30,241 bases of DNA from Candidatus Aenigmatarchaeota archaeon (GCA_043824495.1 JBDRSV010000004.1:1-30241); one strand, 5' to 3'. Positions 7,447 to 16,657 are shown, counted from the stretch's first letter. Program-made: numbers and translations. The notes: generated from the sequence alone by a model not told the origin.

Positions 7447-8493
7447 TTATTTCAAACGAACTCGTGTTTTTAGTGAATGGTCTTTAAAATATAATGCTCT
7501 GTTAATATGTATTGGTTTGTTGCAATAAGGCAAGATCACATCATCAATAAATTTTGGCCAAGATTTCATAGTAAATCTTAATAAAGTGGATTTACTTATT
7601 CCTGTGTACACCATTCCATTATTTTTAGTTATTTTATACTTTCTAATTCTAGTATTCACTCTTATCGAATATTTTTTGTTTAGGTGTTCAATAAAAGAAT
7701 TAAACCATGATTTACCTTCTGTTTGCTCTACTCCTATTCTATCTGGTGCTCCTTTTCGCAATATAAAATAACCATCTGCATCAAAAAAACCCGCTGTGAA
7801 TGCATTGTCTAAGAGTGGAATAGACCATATTGTTTCTAATGTGATTCTAAAAACCTTTTTATTTTTAAAAAGGTTAGAAAATGCTGACCAATAAAAATAT
7901 ATGCGCCATGCAGAAACATCTTTGTGTTTACGATCCAACTCTCTATCTCTTTTATCATAGTATTTGACCAGAACTTTTCTATCCCCTAAATATTTTCCAA
8001 GCTGTAACGCCTTTGGATAAATTCTATCAAGAAAATCGTAAGATCCGCCTCCTGCTACATATATTTTTCTGTTGTCAACATGACCATCACCTAGTATAAG
8101 ACCGATAAAATATGCAAAAAGAGGGTTAACATTGACATAAAATGCTCTAAAAAAGTCATTACTCATCTTGTTATATCTAGTATGTTTTACTTCGTGTTTT
8201 TCAATGTCTAAAGTAGTAATAATTATAGATTTTTTAAATCCTTTATAATAAGCAGATTTTAACTCGTATCTTTTATACCATTGATGTAAAACATGTCTGT
8301 TCTTTCCGAGTAGTCTACCTATAGTAGCAGGTGTTAAACCATCAGAAGCAGCTTTTCTAAGGACTTTTTTCATTTTACCTTTACCAAGTTTTTGAGTTCC
8401 ATTTCCTAAAAATCTTTCTATTTGATTAATTCTATGATTTTTGATAAAGAATATGGTTCTCTTATCAAAGAGTCTAAATATGTTTCCAGACAT
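7447..8493 (-). CDS. Free-standing two-motif LAGLIDADG endonuclease-like protein with N-terminal HTH
   Basis: Motif 1 FAYFIGLILGDGH, motif 2 AFTAGFFDADGY, HTH-like GLTPATIGRLLGKNRHVLHQWYKRY; very Lys/Arg-rich; preceded by an SD-like GGAGAT. Confidence 0.8.
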   Translation of the reverse strand: MSGNIFRLFDKRTIFFIKNHRINQIERFLGNGTQKLGKGKMKKVLRKAASDGLTPATIGRLLGKNRHVLHQWYKRYELKSAYYKGFKKSIIITTLDIEKHEVKHTRYNKMSNDFFRAFYVNVNPLFAYFIGLILGDGHVDNRKIYVAGGGSYDFLDRIYPKALQLGKYLGDRKVLVKYYDKRDRELDRKHKDVSAWRIYFYWSAFSNLFKNKKVFRITLETIWSIPLLDNAFTAGFFDADGYFILRKGAPDRIGVEQTEGKSWFNSFIEHLNKKYSIRVNTRIRKYKITKNNGMVYTGISKSTLLRFTMKSWPKFIDDVILPYCNKPIHINRALYFKDHSLKTRVRLK

Positions 8494-8657
8494 TAAATAT
8501 TAACATCTCCTTTTAATTTATCTTTCATAAAATTTTCTACCTGTTTCGATATTATAATACCTTCTTTTTCACAGTATTTTTTGTACTCATCCAGAATTTT
8601 TTTGTTTATAGATAAAGTAAGTTTTACATTCCCACCTTTAATTTTATAAGTAGCCAT
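8493..8657 (-). CDS. Ribbon-helix-helix (CopG/Arc-like) DNA-binding protein, 54 aa (not in ORF track)
   Basis: MATYKIKGGNVKLTLSINKKILDEYKKYCEKEGIIISKQVENFMKDKLKGDVNI* shows the strand KLTLSI, helix A, EG turn and helix B SKQVENFM. Its stop overlaps the next ATG (TAATG). Confidence 0.75.
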   Translation of the reverse strand: MATYKIKGGNVKLTLSINKKILDEYKKYCEKEGIIISKQVENFMKDKLKGDVNI

Positions 8658-8676
8658 ACGTATAATTACGTATAAT
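8657..8676. promoter_or_regulatory. Tandem 10-bp repeat (TACGTATAAT x2), candidate RHH operator
   Basis: Exact direct repeat at 8657-8666 and 8667-8676; each unit contains the palindrome TACGTA and the pair abuts the RHH start codon. Confidence 0.5.
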
Positions 8677-8775
8677 CATTAATAAGTTTATGTATTCTGA
8701 AGCATATGCTTTGGTATATTGTCATATTTATTACATTTTTCCAAATAAAACATAAGATGTTTTTAGGAGGCATAT

Positions 8776-9090
8776 ATGTTATTAACAACTACTGAAACTA
8801 TAACAGGTAAGAAGATTGTTCAGACAATTGGACTTGTAAGGGGTAACACAATAAGAGCTAAGTGGTTCGGAAAAGATATAGTCGCAGGTTTGAGGAACAT
8901 TGTGGGCGGAGAATTGAAAGAATACACTGAAATGCTCACAGAAGCACGACAACAAGCCATACAAAGGATGGAACAGGAAGCCAAGAAAATGGGTGCAAAT
9001 GCCGTTATATGTGTCAGATTCACAACAGCACAGACAATGGCAGGCGCTGCTGAGCTTTTAGCTTATGGTACTGCTGTGATTGTTAAGTAA
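8776..9090 (+). CDS. ybjQ: YbjQ/UPF0145 family protein
   Basis: LTTTETITGKKI, GLVRGNTIRAKWFGKDIVAGLRNIVGGELKEYT, GANAVICVRF and YGTAV; SD AGGAGG 6 nt before the ATG. Confidence 0.93.
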   Translation: MLLTTTETITGKKIVQTIGLVRGNTIRAKWFGKDIVAGLRNIVGGELKEYTEMLTEARQQAIQRMEQEAKKMGANAVICVRFTTAQTMAGAAELLAYGTAVIVK

Positions 9091-9118
9091 ATATTTTAAT
9101 GGTTTGGGAGTTTCGGAA

Positions 9119-11695
9119 TTATTTCAAAGGAGCTGGAAGATTTCCAGGACACTCTCCCCCCTTTACACAGTCAATTTCCTTTCTTACACAATCATGTGTT
9201 TCTACAATACAGGTGTCTAATTTTGAACAACTTCCACAACTCCAACAATTATTAGAACTTCTTCCACAATCCCAAGAAGAATCACAATCATTCGGAGCGC
9301 CTGTGTTTGTTGTTTGTTGACAATACGAAGTTTCTAATCCAGGATTAATGCACTTTCCAACTGTACAGATATTTTCATCATTACAATCACCATCATTGTT
9401 ACAAGTTATACACAAACCAGTATATTGATTACTGCAAACACTTCCAGTTGGACAAGTGGTCTGAAAAAGACATATTGGGTTACATTTTATTAGGTTTTGC
9501 CCGTTATTACAATAATTATTTTCACTGCATTTCCCAAACTCAATCCCATTAGTGCATTTAGGAATTCCCCAAATATTCAAGTAAGGATCATTTACGCTTT
9601 CAGAAGAGCCAAAACTATACGTTCCACTTCCTCCAGCATTTCTTAGTTGGAATGCAGTAACATGTCCTCTTTCTACATCATAATAAGGATCAAATATGTC
9701 TGTTATATCAATACTAGTCCATCCTCCAACTTCAGGAGTAAATCTTATTAGATCACACCAAAGTTGTTCCCAATCTTCGGGGTATTGTAAAATATCATGG
9801 TTTTGCCACCAACCATAATCATTACAAAGATAAAGCAAATCAACTTCTGAAGGTGTTCCTGTGGAACTGTCTGTATAAATATTGAAAGTAACTGTAGACC
9901 TTTCTATTACATCTCCAATAAATCTTAAATAGGATCTATGATCAGTGCCAACCATGAGTGATGAGCCAGCATAATCTATGCTCCCGGTTGAGTATTGCAT
10001 ATATGCATCCTGAACAAGAGGAATATTTTTTATGTGAGTATAACAGTCTCCACTGGGGTTGTTGCAACTAGATTGACATGTGTTCCAAAATGGGTCACAC
10101 ACGTCATCTTCAACTCCTAAACACTCACAAATCTTACAGTTTATACTAGGATCATTGGCACAATCTACACATTTCCCCTCATTACAAACATCAGGATAAG
10201 GACAAGTGTATGATTCAACTTGAGGTTCATTATTAGCATCACAGTACCACTCATGTAATATTTTTTCAGGAGAACACCAATCTGTATGTGTTGCAACTTC
10301 TCCTGCGTCGTTCCTAAAACTTACGGTTCCTTGAGTTTCATAATCAATTCCTAAGTCATTATCAATACATGTTAATCTTTCTAAAACAGGAACAAGTTTA
10401 AGGTCAGAGTCTCCTGATAATACCATACATCCCTCACATCCAGGATACCAAGCATTAGCTATATTAATTGAATTTCCAACACTATATTCATAATTTAGAT
10501 TGTGAAAAAAATCATTTTGCCAATCTACAGATACAGGCCAACATTCTGATTTACATGGTTCGAGATTCATTTCGCAAGGGCCAACAGTAGCAGTGTCTTT
10601 ATTAGAGCCTTTTCTAAATGCGTATGAGATACTAATCGGTCCATCACTACAAGATGCTTCACAACTCATCATCATGGCAAAAGTCATTTTTGGGTAATCT
10701 TTAATCCATTCTTTTATATCATATGTCTGAGTAATCTGGTCACAATTTGATACAAACTCATCCCACTTACCATGGGCTACATGATAATAAACAGCAGTAT
10801 CAAATGATTGGAGATGGGTCATGATTTCGGATTTCTCAGGATTAATAGCAGTTTGTGTATTATAGCCCATAGTATTAAACCAATCTTCTGCACTATCTTG
10901 CCATTCATTCCACTCCCCCAATTCGCATGCACCATTCATATATTCCTCTGGACCTTGAAGAGCAAATCCAGTATAACTAGGAGGAGAAATTCCTTCTCCA
11001 AGATATTTTCCAGTAACAGCATCAATCACCGATATTTTTGGATTTGAAAACCCCTGCTCATTATAGCATCCTTCTCCTTTTCCGCCATTTTCACATCCAT
11101 AGATAACCCAAACAGGATTTTCAGGGATGGGGTCAAGTTTTGAGAAAACGTTTGTTTCAGGGGAGATGATGTACAAACTTGATGATTGAACCTCATTTCC
11201 ATAGATACTCTCTGCTTCTTGTTTGCTTATTAAATTGCTGGGAAGAACATCAGGAAGATCATCCCTCCATTTTATTCTTTGATCAACAAATTCTCCAGTG
11301 CTTTTATCAAAATGGAAAACTATTCTGTCTTTTTCAACTATTGCATCCCCTATTTTTCTTTGTTGCCAAAAAACCTCCCTTTCTCCAACAACAACTCTAT
11401 CTAAATCCACTGAACTTCTTTTAAGATTATCCTGGAATTTTTGTGAATTACACTCCCCTATTCCACAAATATCTCTTAATAAACACGTTTTTCCCTCATC
11501 CACTGAATTATCACAGTCATTGTCTATCCCATCGCATAATTCGTCAGATGGTATGCATATATGAGCTAGAGGGGTAGTGATCCCAGGCAATCTAAACAAT
11601 CCAGCAGGATTCTCATAAACAGAAGAAACAGCAAATACAGCCACAATTACTATGCATGCAAAAATTATGGAGTATGATAATGAAGATAAACCCAT
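9119..11695 (-). CDS. Large secreted Cys-rich protein: MopE-like motif, PepSY-like propeptide, clan CD (gingipain/caspase-like) protease domain, DNRLRE-like domain, Cys-rich tail
   Basis: N-terminal hydrophobic helix; ELCDGIDNDCDNSVDE; ISKQEAESI...PVWVI...VIDAVTG; YYHVAHG...AMMMSC; QDAYMQY...RSYLRF...WTSIDIT...PYLNI. Confidence 0.7.
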   Translation of the reverse strand: MGLSSLSYSIIFACIVIVAVFAVSSVYENPAGLFRLPGITTPLAHICIPSDELCDGIDNDCDNSVDEGKTCLLRDICGIGECNSQKFQDNLKRSSVDLDRVVVGEREVFWQQRKIGDAIVEKDRIVFHFDKSTGEFVDQRIKWRDDLPDVLPSNLISKQEAESIYGNEVQSSSLYIISPETNVFSKLDPIPENPVWVIYGCENGGKGEGCYNEQGFSNPKISVIDAVTGKYLGEGISPPSYTGFALQGPEEYMNGACELGEWNEWQDSAEDWFNTMGYNTQTAINPEKSEIMTHLQSFDTAVYYHVAHGKWDEFVSNCDQITQTYDIKEWIKDYPKMTFAMMMSCEASCSDGPISISYAFRKGSNKDTATVGPCEMNLEPCKSECWPVSVDWQNDFFHNLNYEYSVGNSINIANAWYPGCEGCMVLSGDSDLKLVPVLERLTCIDNDLGIDYETQGTVSFRNDAGEVATHTDWCSPEKILHEWYCDANNEPQVESYTCPYPDVCNEGKCVDCANDPSINCKICECLGVEDDVCDPFWNTCQSSCNNPSGDCYTHIKNIPLVQDAYMQYSTGSIDYAGSSLMVGTDHRSYLRFIGDVIERSTVTFNIYTDSSTGTPSEVDLLYLCNDYGWWQNHDILQYPEDWEQLWCDLIRFTPEVGGWTSIDITDIFDPYYDVERGHVTAFQLRNAGGSGTYSFGSSESVNDPYLNIWGIPKCTNGIEFGKCSENNYCNNGQNLIKCNPICLFQTTCPTGSVCSNQYTGLCITCNNDGDCNDENICTVGKCINPGLETSYCQQTTNTGAPNDCDSSWDCGRSSNNCWSCGSCSKLDTCIVETHDCVRKEIDCVKGGECPGNLPAPLK

Positions 11696-11735
11696 GATAT
11701 AATATTATTATGAAAAGAATAAAAGGTTTTAAAAC
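11591..11735 (-). repeat. Copy 1 of a 145-bp leader-plus-promoter cassette shared with 16387-16531
   Basis: Ungapped manual alignment gives 87/105 identical nt over the first 35 codons and 31/40 over the upstream region. Confidence 0.8.
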
Positions 11736-11769
11736 TAAAAAACAAATCAAGTAGAAAGGAGGAAATTCT

Positions 11770-11970
11770 ATGAAGACATTAGCTTGTGCCGATTTAGGCG
11801 TAGACAAGGAATGCGATTTCAAAGCATCTGGCGAAGATGATGGTGAAGTAATAGATGCTATGTTTGAGCACGCAGAAAAAGTACATAAAGACAAAGTGAA
11901 AAAGATGTCAGAAGAAGACAAAGAAGAAATGGAAGAAAAGATGTATGATCTTCTTGACACACAAAAATAA
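11770..11970 (+). CDS. DUF1059 family small metal-binding protein
   Basis: MKTLACADLG..ECDFKASGEDDGEVIDAMFEHAEKVH pattern; SD AAGGAGG upstream. Confidence 0.85.
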   Translation: MKTLACADLGVDKECDFKASGEDDGEVIDAMFEHAEKVHKDKVKKMSEEDKEEMEEKMYDLLDTQK

Positions 11971-11981
11971 TTTCTAAGACC

Positions 11982-12007
11982 TTTGTTTTTTGGGTTTTCT
12001 AGTTTTT
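11982..12007 (+). terminator. T-tract region, candidate archaeal intrinsic terminator for the DUF1059 gene
   Basis: Successive T runs immediately after the stop, between convergent genes. Confidence 0.4.
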
Positions 12008-12012
12008 AGAAA

Positions 12013-15000
12013 TTAATGACAAATCCATGATCCTGTTCTCTTGTCATATGTACAGTCTGGTTCTTGTGGTCCTGTAGGTGGAGCATCAAACCGGCATGAT
12101 CCGTCTCTACATCCGTTCACACACGCAGTTGTTGTCGTTTCGCACACACCTAAAACAGAACAACTCCATGTTCTCATATTACTACCACTACAGAAAGGTT
12201 CTCTTAATAGCCCGTCAATACCTATACATGATCCAGTTGTTGGACCATTTGAGCATGTTGGGATTTTTATCAAGAAAATATCATCCACGTAATTATATCT
12301 TCCTGCAGGTAATCCGCTTCCTTGTAAGATAGTATGTATTATAACCGGATCATTTGAATTCAAAGTTGTAAATGTACACTTTTTCTGTTCCCAGTCTGGT
12401 GTTTGTGTTTGATGCATACAATCCAATAAATAGTTTTGTTCTGCTTGGGCAAGATTTAATCTTGTATAATAGTTTTCTGGATTGTATCCCATTTTGGTCC
12501 AGTAAGAAAGTTCATATTCTGTGTTTGGTTCTAAATAAACTTCTTGTCTTGGCCACCATGATTCTGTTGTGGCTTTTCCACAGTTAATTCCAGATTTACA
12601 CACTTCACCATTATTGATCTCAACGGTCAAAACATCTGTGCTCCATCGGAACATTGTACCACCTTGAGTTATTTCAAAATCACCATTGATGAGATAATTT
12701 TCTTTTGCAGAGGAATATGTTATTTCTAAATAAGGAGCATATTCAGGAGATGCTGAAGATCTGTACATATGGAATCTATCTAATCCCACATCCTGAGGTA
12801 GATCATTTCCTATCAATCTAAATACAATTGAATCATTTACAGGTGGAAGATCTCCCGTAACAAGTGGTGTCACATCTATACTATCCCAACCACCAGAAGG
12901 ATTTGGTGTAAATGTTAGTTCCCCAAAACTTACTAGATCAGGGTTATTTACATCCTCTACGCCTGGGTCATAAAAATCACGAATTCTGAATATATCCACA
13001 TCAGGGTGCATAGGGCCCCACAATCCCTGTCCTTCAACACCATCACTGTACATATGAAGCGTTGCTCCTGTTATACCATCTATGTTTTCTACATTGAATC
13101 TGATTAAAGCTCTGGTATTAAAGTCCCAAAGATATTCTGGATGTGTTGGGTCTCTTACTTCTCCATTACCTATATAGAACCTATTAAACTGGATAAGACC
13201 TCCTCCATCTCCATCGAAATTGAAAATGAAATCTTTGTTTGGTGTTACAAAAATCTTGTCTTGGTTACACGTGTCTGTTGTTCTTTCGCAGTTTTGTCTG
13301 TCTCCTGCAGCAAAGCATCCACATTGACCACAATTCAAAACAGGAGTTTCAAATGTTCTCTCAGGAGCTCGTATAAAATTCTCATCATCAACTTCTATTT
13401 CCCATTTATCAGCCCATAATGTAGCAAATCCATCTAGTTTGTCTCCTCTCATTGGGTTTCCACATCTAGGTTCTGTGCATCTTGGATTAAGTCCACCAAA
13501 AGTTTCAATTTGTTTGTATCCAAGTCTTCCTATATAATATGAAGTATCATGATTGCATCCATTAAAAGCACCACTCTGGTCAGTCCATTGATAGAAAACA
13601 ATTTTATGATAAGCTTCCTCAAGTTCAGCTATTGAATCTGGTATACAAGTAGGATCACTAGCTGATGGGGGAGTATCACATCCTGCATATGATGGAGGAT
13701 CTTCATCATACTCGTCACATAAATAATAATCTTGTGGGCAGAATACTATTAATCCATCACCACCCATTGTGACTCCTTGTATTTCCCAGCAGTCTTCAGA
13801 ACAAGCATAGTGATCGGGGTGTGGAGGATCACATATTTTTTCCCCTTGGAAAGTTTCAGGAATAACATCTGCTCCCCTTCTCCAGTCATTATCTAAAGAG
13901 TAATAAAGAGGTTTTGGATCAGTAACTACAGCTATTAATTCACATGCATGATCATCTGGTCCATGTCCTGTAGTTTTAGTCATACAAACCATTCTAGGGA
14001 AAGTGTCACGTGGGGTTGGCATTTTCTTAAATGTAACAGTTTCAATTTCTTCAGTTCCTGCTGCATCTACAGTTAATTGGCTTTGATAGAAGCAACCTGG
14101 TAATAGCTGATTTGCATCAGTTGTGCCTAGAGTTGAGTTTGAAACTGAAACTAAACCCCCTCCAGTTAATTCTATTCCAGCAGAATCCCACTCAGAATCA
14201 ATTACTCTTTTACCAAGTGAGAAACTTCCTTCTCCTGGAGCAAATTCTGCTGATCCAATTGATTGGAATTCTGTGAATGAACCATCTATCAATCCTCTAT
14301 CAGGTGGAACATTATATTCTGCATATATGTGACCGGCTGGGATTACAATATCATCTGAAGGTGCACAATCAGGGTCAGTAATGAATCCACACTCAGGGTC
14401 CCATATACCATGATTGGCACAGAATGCCTGACATATCTTATCAATATTCGGTGTACCAGTTGAGGGATTATTATCTCCTCCAAAAGCAGGAAGGTCATCG
14501 ATTAATAGAATATCTGCTAGATATTCTTCAAAAGTCATAGGCTTCTCTTTCATAGTCATAATCATTCTATCATTTGCCCATTCGACTCCAACTGTGTAAT
14601 CTAATCCTTGGCCCTGTGCATCTTGTAAGAAGTATTCTCTTAGATCCCACATTCCTCCGGCAAGAATCAGTCCATTTTTATGTTCTATACCATGCCCAGG
14701 AATTAAATCAGAATCATTATAATCATCGGGGTATATTCTACCATTTACCAAACTAAATACATAATCATTTGGCCATCCTTCAGACCCGAGTTGAGCTGCA
14801 TCTCCACCATAATTAATAAAATTCCCTGCCCAATACATGGAATGAGCTTCTGTGATCGGTTTTTCATATCTTTGCAAAAATCCAATAGGATAATATGTGT
14901 AGGCTGTTACAATGTGTGTATACTCATGATACAATGAAGCTGTAAGTAGAGCTTTGGATTCACACCATCCTGTGATACCTGAAAAAATAGAAGTATAATC

Positions 15001-16491
15001 TCCTGAAGGACCCAATCTAATAAGTGGAGGAATGTGTGGGTACATTGGTAAGTTGTTTCTGGCATAAGCTTCACATGGTCCAGCATTTAAGTCCGGATAT
15101 TCAGAAGATCCTTCACCTATTATAACATCTACAAGTATATCACTTCCATCAAAATCTGTAATATTGTAATATCCTCCCTTTGAAAAATAATTCTTTACCC
15201 AATTAATATGATAAAATGCGTTGCTAGCTTCTCCAACGCCACCTGTCACATCTGCATCTCTACCTTGGTATGTATTATCATCAAGTGCTATGTCATAATA
15301 CACGTCATCACCTGCATACGCATTACTCGAGATATAATATATCCCGCTACTTAATATTCCTGGAGGTTCAAAACCATTTTCTGATGTTCCAAGTATTCTC
15401 GTTGAATAAGGAAAACTCGTACCCACCTGATAAGAAATTCCAGAAGAGATATCTGGGTGAGTAATTGAAAATTTACCATGGTCGCCTTGTATCTCTTTTG
15501 ATGTGTCATTGGCTATAAGACCAAACCCAGTTCTAAAGATATAAACTGGAACATCGTCGAATCCAATATCAGTCGCTACAGGAGTGTAATCAGCTATTGG
15601 ACTAGTGTCATATGCTCTTCCGTCTAAAGTTCCAGTTATTGTATCTTCTTCTACAAGATTGTCTCTTATTATTTTATCGCCAGTGTTAGCATCAATGTAA
15701 TATAATACAAAATTACTCGATTCTTCTGAACCTAATCTAACTATAATTTTCCATGCTAATCTATAATCATTATATTCTTTTGTTGGAGAAATTATAATCA
15801 AATCTCCTTGATAGAGATTAATATTATAATTATTGGAAAAAGCAATCTCAAAATTCTTTGATGCTTCAAATGCTTGATCTTTAGTTAGTTGTGGGATTGT
15901 TGAAATATCTATTTCTCCATGACCGCCTTTATATAGAACTAGGTTATTCTCACTGAATGTAGTTGATATTGTCCTCCCTTCTATTGGTATTCCTTTATAG
16001 TTTTGTGTGTAATGAGAAATTACTATTCTTTTATCTGAATTCTCACTTGGTCTGTTATCCCAGACTCTTGTAATCTCTAAGTCATCAGGATTTACTTTTA
16101 ATACATCTTGATTGGATCTTAAGAATTCTTTAGTTATTTCTTCTACGTTATCTTTCGTGACTTCTGATGTGTCTGTTTTTATACTGGTCACAGGAATACT
16201 AGAACCATAAATTCTTTCAGGAGCTTGTGTAATTTTGTTCTTCTGCACATACCACTTTCCGCCATACTTGGTGTTGAATTCTGTTAATTCTACTCTTGTG
16301 TCTCTAGGATCCTTTGCTGCCACTTCTGGTGTTTCTATAGGTTCTGGAGATGTGGATGGTTCTATTGGTGTGATTGTACCTACTCCTCTAAACAAACCTG
16401 CTGGGTTCTCATATATAGAAGAAACAGCGAAAACAGCTACAATTACTATACATGCAAAAATAATAGCGTATGAAACAGGAGTTAAACCCAT
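12013..16491 (-). CDS. Giant secreted zinc metalloprotease (M4/M36-like) with FTP/PepSY propeptide, DNRLRE-like and CBM-like domains, Cys-rich tail
   Basis: HYTQNYKGIPIEG (FTP), LAWKI...YYIDANTG (PepSY), NAFYHIN, HEYTH, downstream TEAHS, HKNG...GGMWDLR, RALIRF...WDSIDVT...PYLEI and NYLINGDFE. Confidence 0.82.
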   Translation of the reverse strand: MGLTPVSYAIIFACIVIVAVFAVSSIYENPAGLFRGVGTITPIEPSTSPEPIETPEVAAKDPRDTRVELTEFNTKYGGKWYVQKNKITQAPERIYGSSIPVTSIKTDTSEVTKDNVEEITKEFLRSNQDVLKVNPDDLEITRVWDNRPSENSDKRIVISHYTQNYKGIPIEGRTISTTFSENNLVLYKGGHGEIDISTIPQLTKDQAFEASKNFEIAFSNNYNINLYQGDLIIISPTKEYNDYRLAWKIIVRLGSEESSNFVLYYIDANTGDKIIRDNLVEEDTITGTLDGRAYDTSPIADYTPVATDIGFDDVPVYIFRTGFGLIANDTSKEIQGDHGKFSITHPDISSGISYQVGTSFPYSTRILGTSENGFEPPGILSSGIYYISSNAYAGDDVYYDIALDDNTYQGRDADVTGGVGEASNAFYHINWVKNYFSKGGYYNITDFDGSDILVDVIIGEGSSEYPDLNAGPCEAYARNNLPMYPHIPPLIRLGPSGDYTSIFSGITGWCESKALLTASLYHEYTHIVTAYTYYPIGFLQRYEKPITEAHSMYWAGNFINYGGDAAQLGSEGWPNDYVFSLVNGRIYPDDYNDSDLIPGHGIEHKNGLILAGGMWDLREYFLQDAQGQGLDYTVGVEWANDRMIMTMKEKPMTFEEYLADILLIDDLPAFGGDNNPSTGTPNIDKICQAFCANHGIWDPECGFITDPDCAPSDDIVIPAGHIYAEYNVPPDRGLIDGSFTEFQSIGSAEFAPGEGSFSLGKRVIDSEWDSAGIELTGGGLVSVSNSTLGTTDANQLLPGCFYQSQLTVDAAGTEEIETVTFKKMPTPRDTFPRMVCMTKTTGHGPDDHACELIAVVTDPKPLYYSLDNDWRRGADVIPETFQGEKICDPPHPDHYACSEDCWEIQGVTMGGDGLIVFCPQDYYLCDEYDEDPPSYAGCDTPPSASDPTCIPDSIAELEEAYHKIVFYQWTDQSGAFNGCNHDTSYYIGRLGYKQIETFGGLNPRCTEPRCGNPMRGDKLDGFATLWADKWEIEVDDENFIRAPERTFETPVLNCGQCGCFAAGDRQNCERTTDTCNQDKIFVTPNKDFIFNFDGDGGGLIQFNRFYIGNGEVRDPTHPEYLWDFNTRALIRFNVENIDGITGATLHMYSDGVEGQGLWGPMHPDVDIFRIRDFYDPGVEDVNNPDLVSFGELTFTPNPSGGWDSIDVTPLVTGDLPPVNDSIVFRLIGNDLPQDVGLDRFHMYRSSASPEYAPYLEITYSSAKENYLINGDFEITQGGTMFRWSTDVLTVEINNGEVCKSGINCGKATTESWWPRQEVYLEPNTEYELSYWTKMGYNPENYYTRLNLAQAEQNYLLDCMHQTQTPDWEQKKCTFTTLNSNDPVIIHTILQGSGLPAGRYNYVDDIFLIKIPTCSNGPTTGSCIGIDGLLREPFCSGSNMRTWSCSVLGVCETTTTACVNGCRDGSCRFDAPPTGPQEPDCTYDKRTGSWICH

Positions 16492-16531
16492 GGTATAGTA
16501 TTGTCAGGAAAAGATAAAAACCTTTTAAAAC
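16387..16531 (-). repeat. Copy 2 of the 145-bp leader-plus-promoter cassette
   Basis: Colinear with 11591-11735; the ATG and the TTTTAAAAC element are at identical offsets. Confidence 0.8.
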
Positions 16532-16657
16532 GGATTTTTACAATTAGAACTAACCTATTTATCCACATAGAATAATCTTTTGATAGGGGTTAGTCGTGAA
16601 TGTATAGACTTATTATTAGATAGTCTAAACATAACATTTCTAATCCCGAGGGATAAT

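Noticed and set aside
7447-8493. LAGLIDADG ORF as an intein or an intron-encoded ORF
   Set aside because: There is no N-terminal Cys/Ser block or C-terminal HN, no split host gene, and no rRNA or tRNA exon context.
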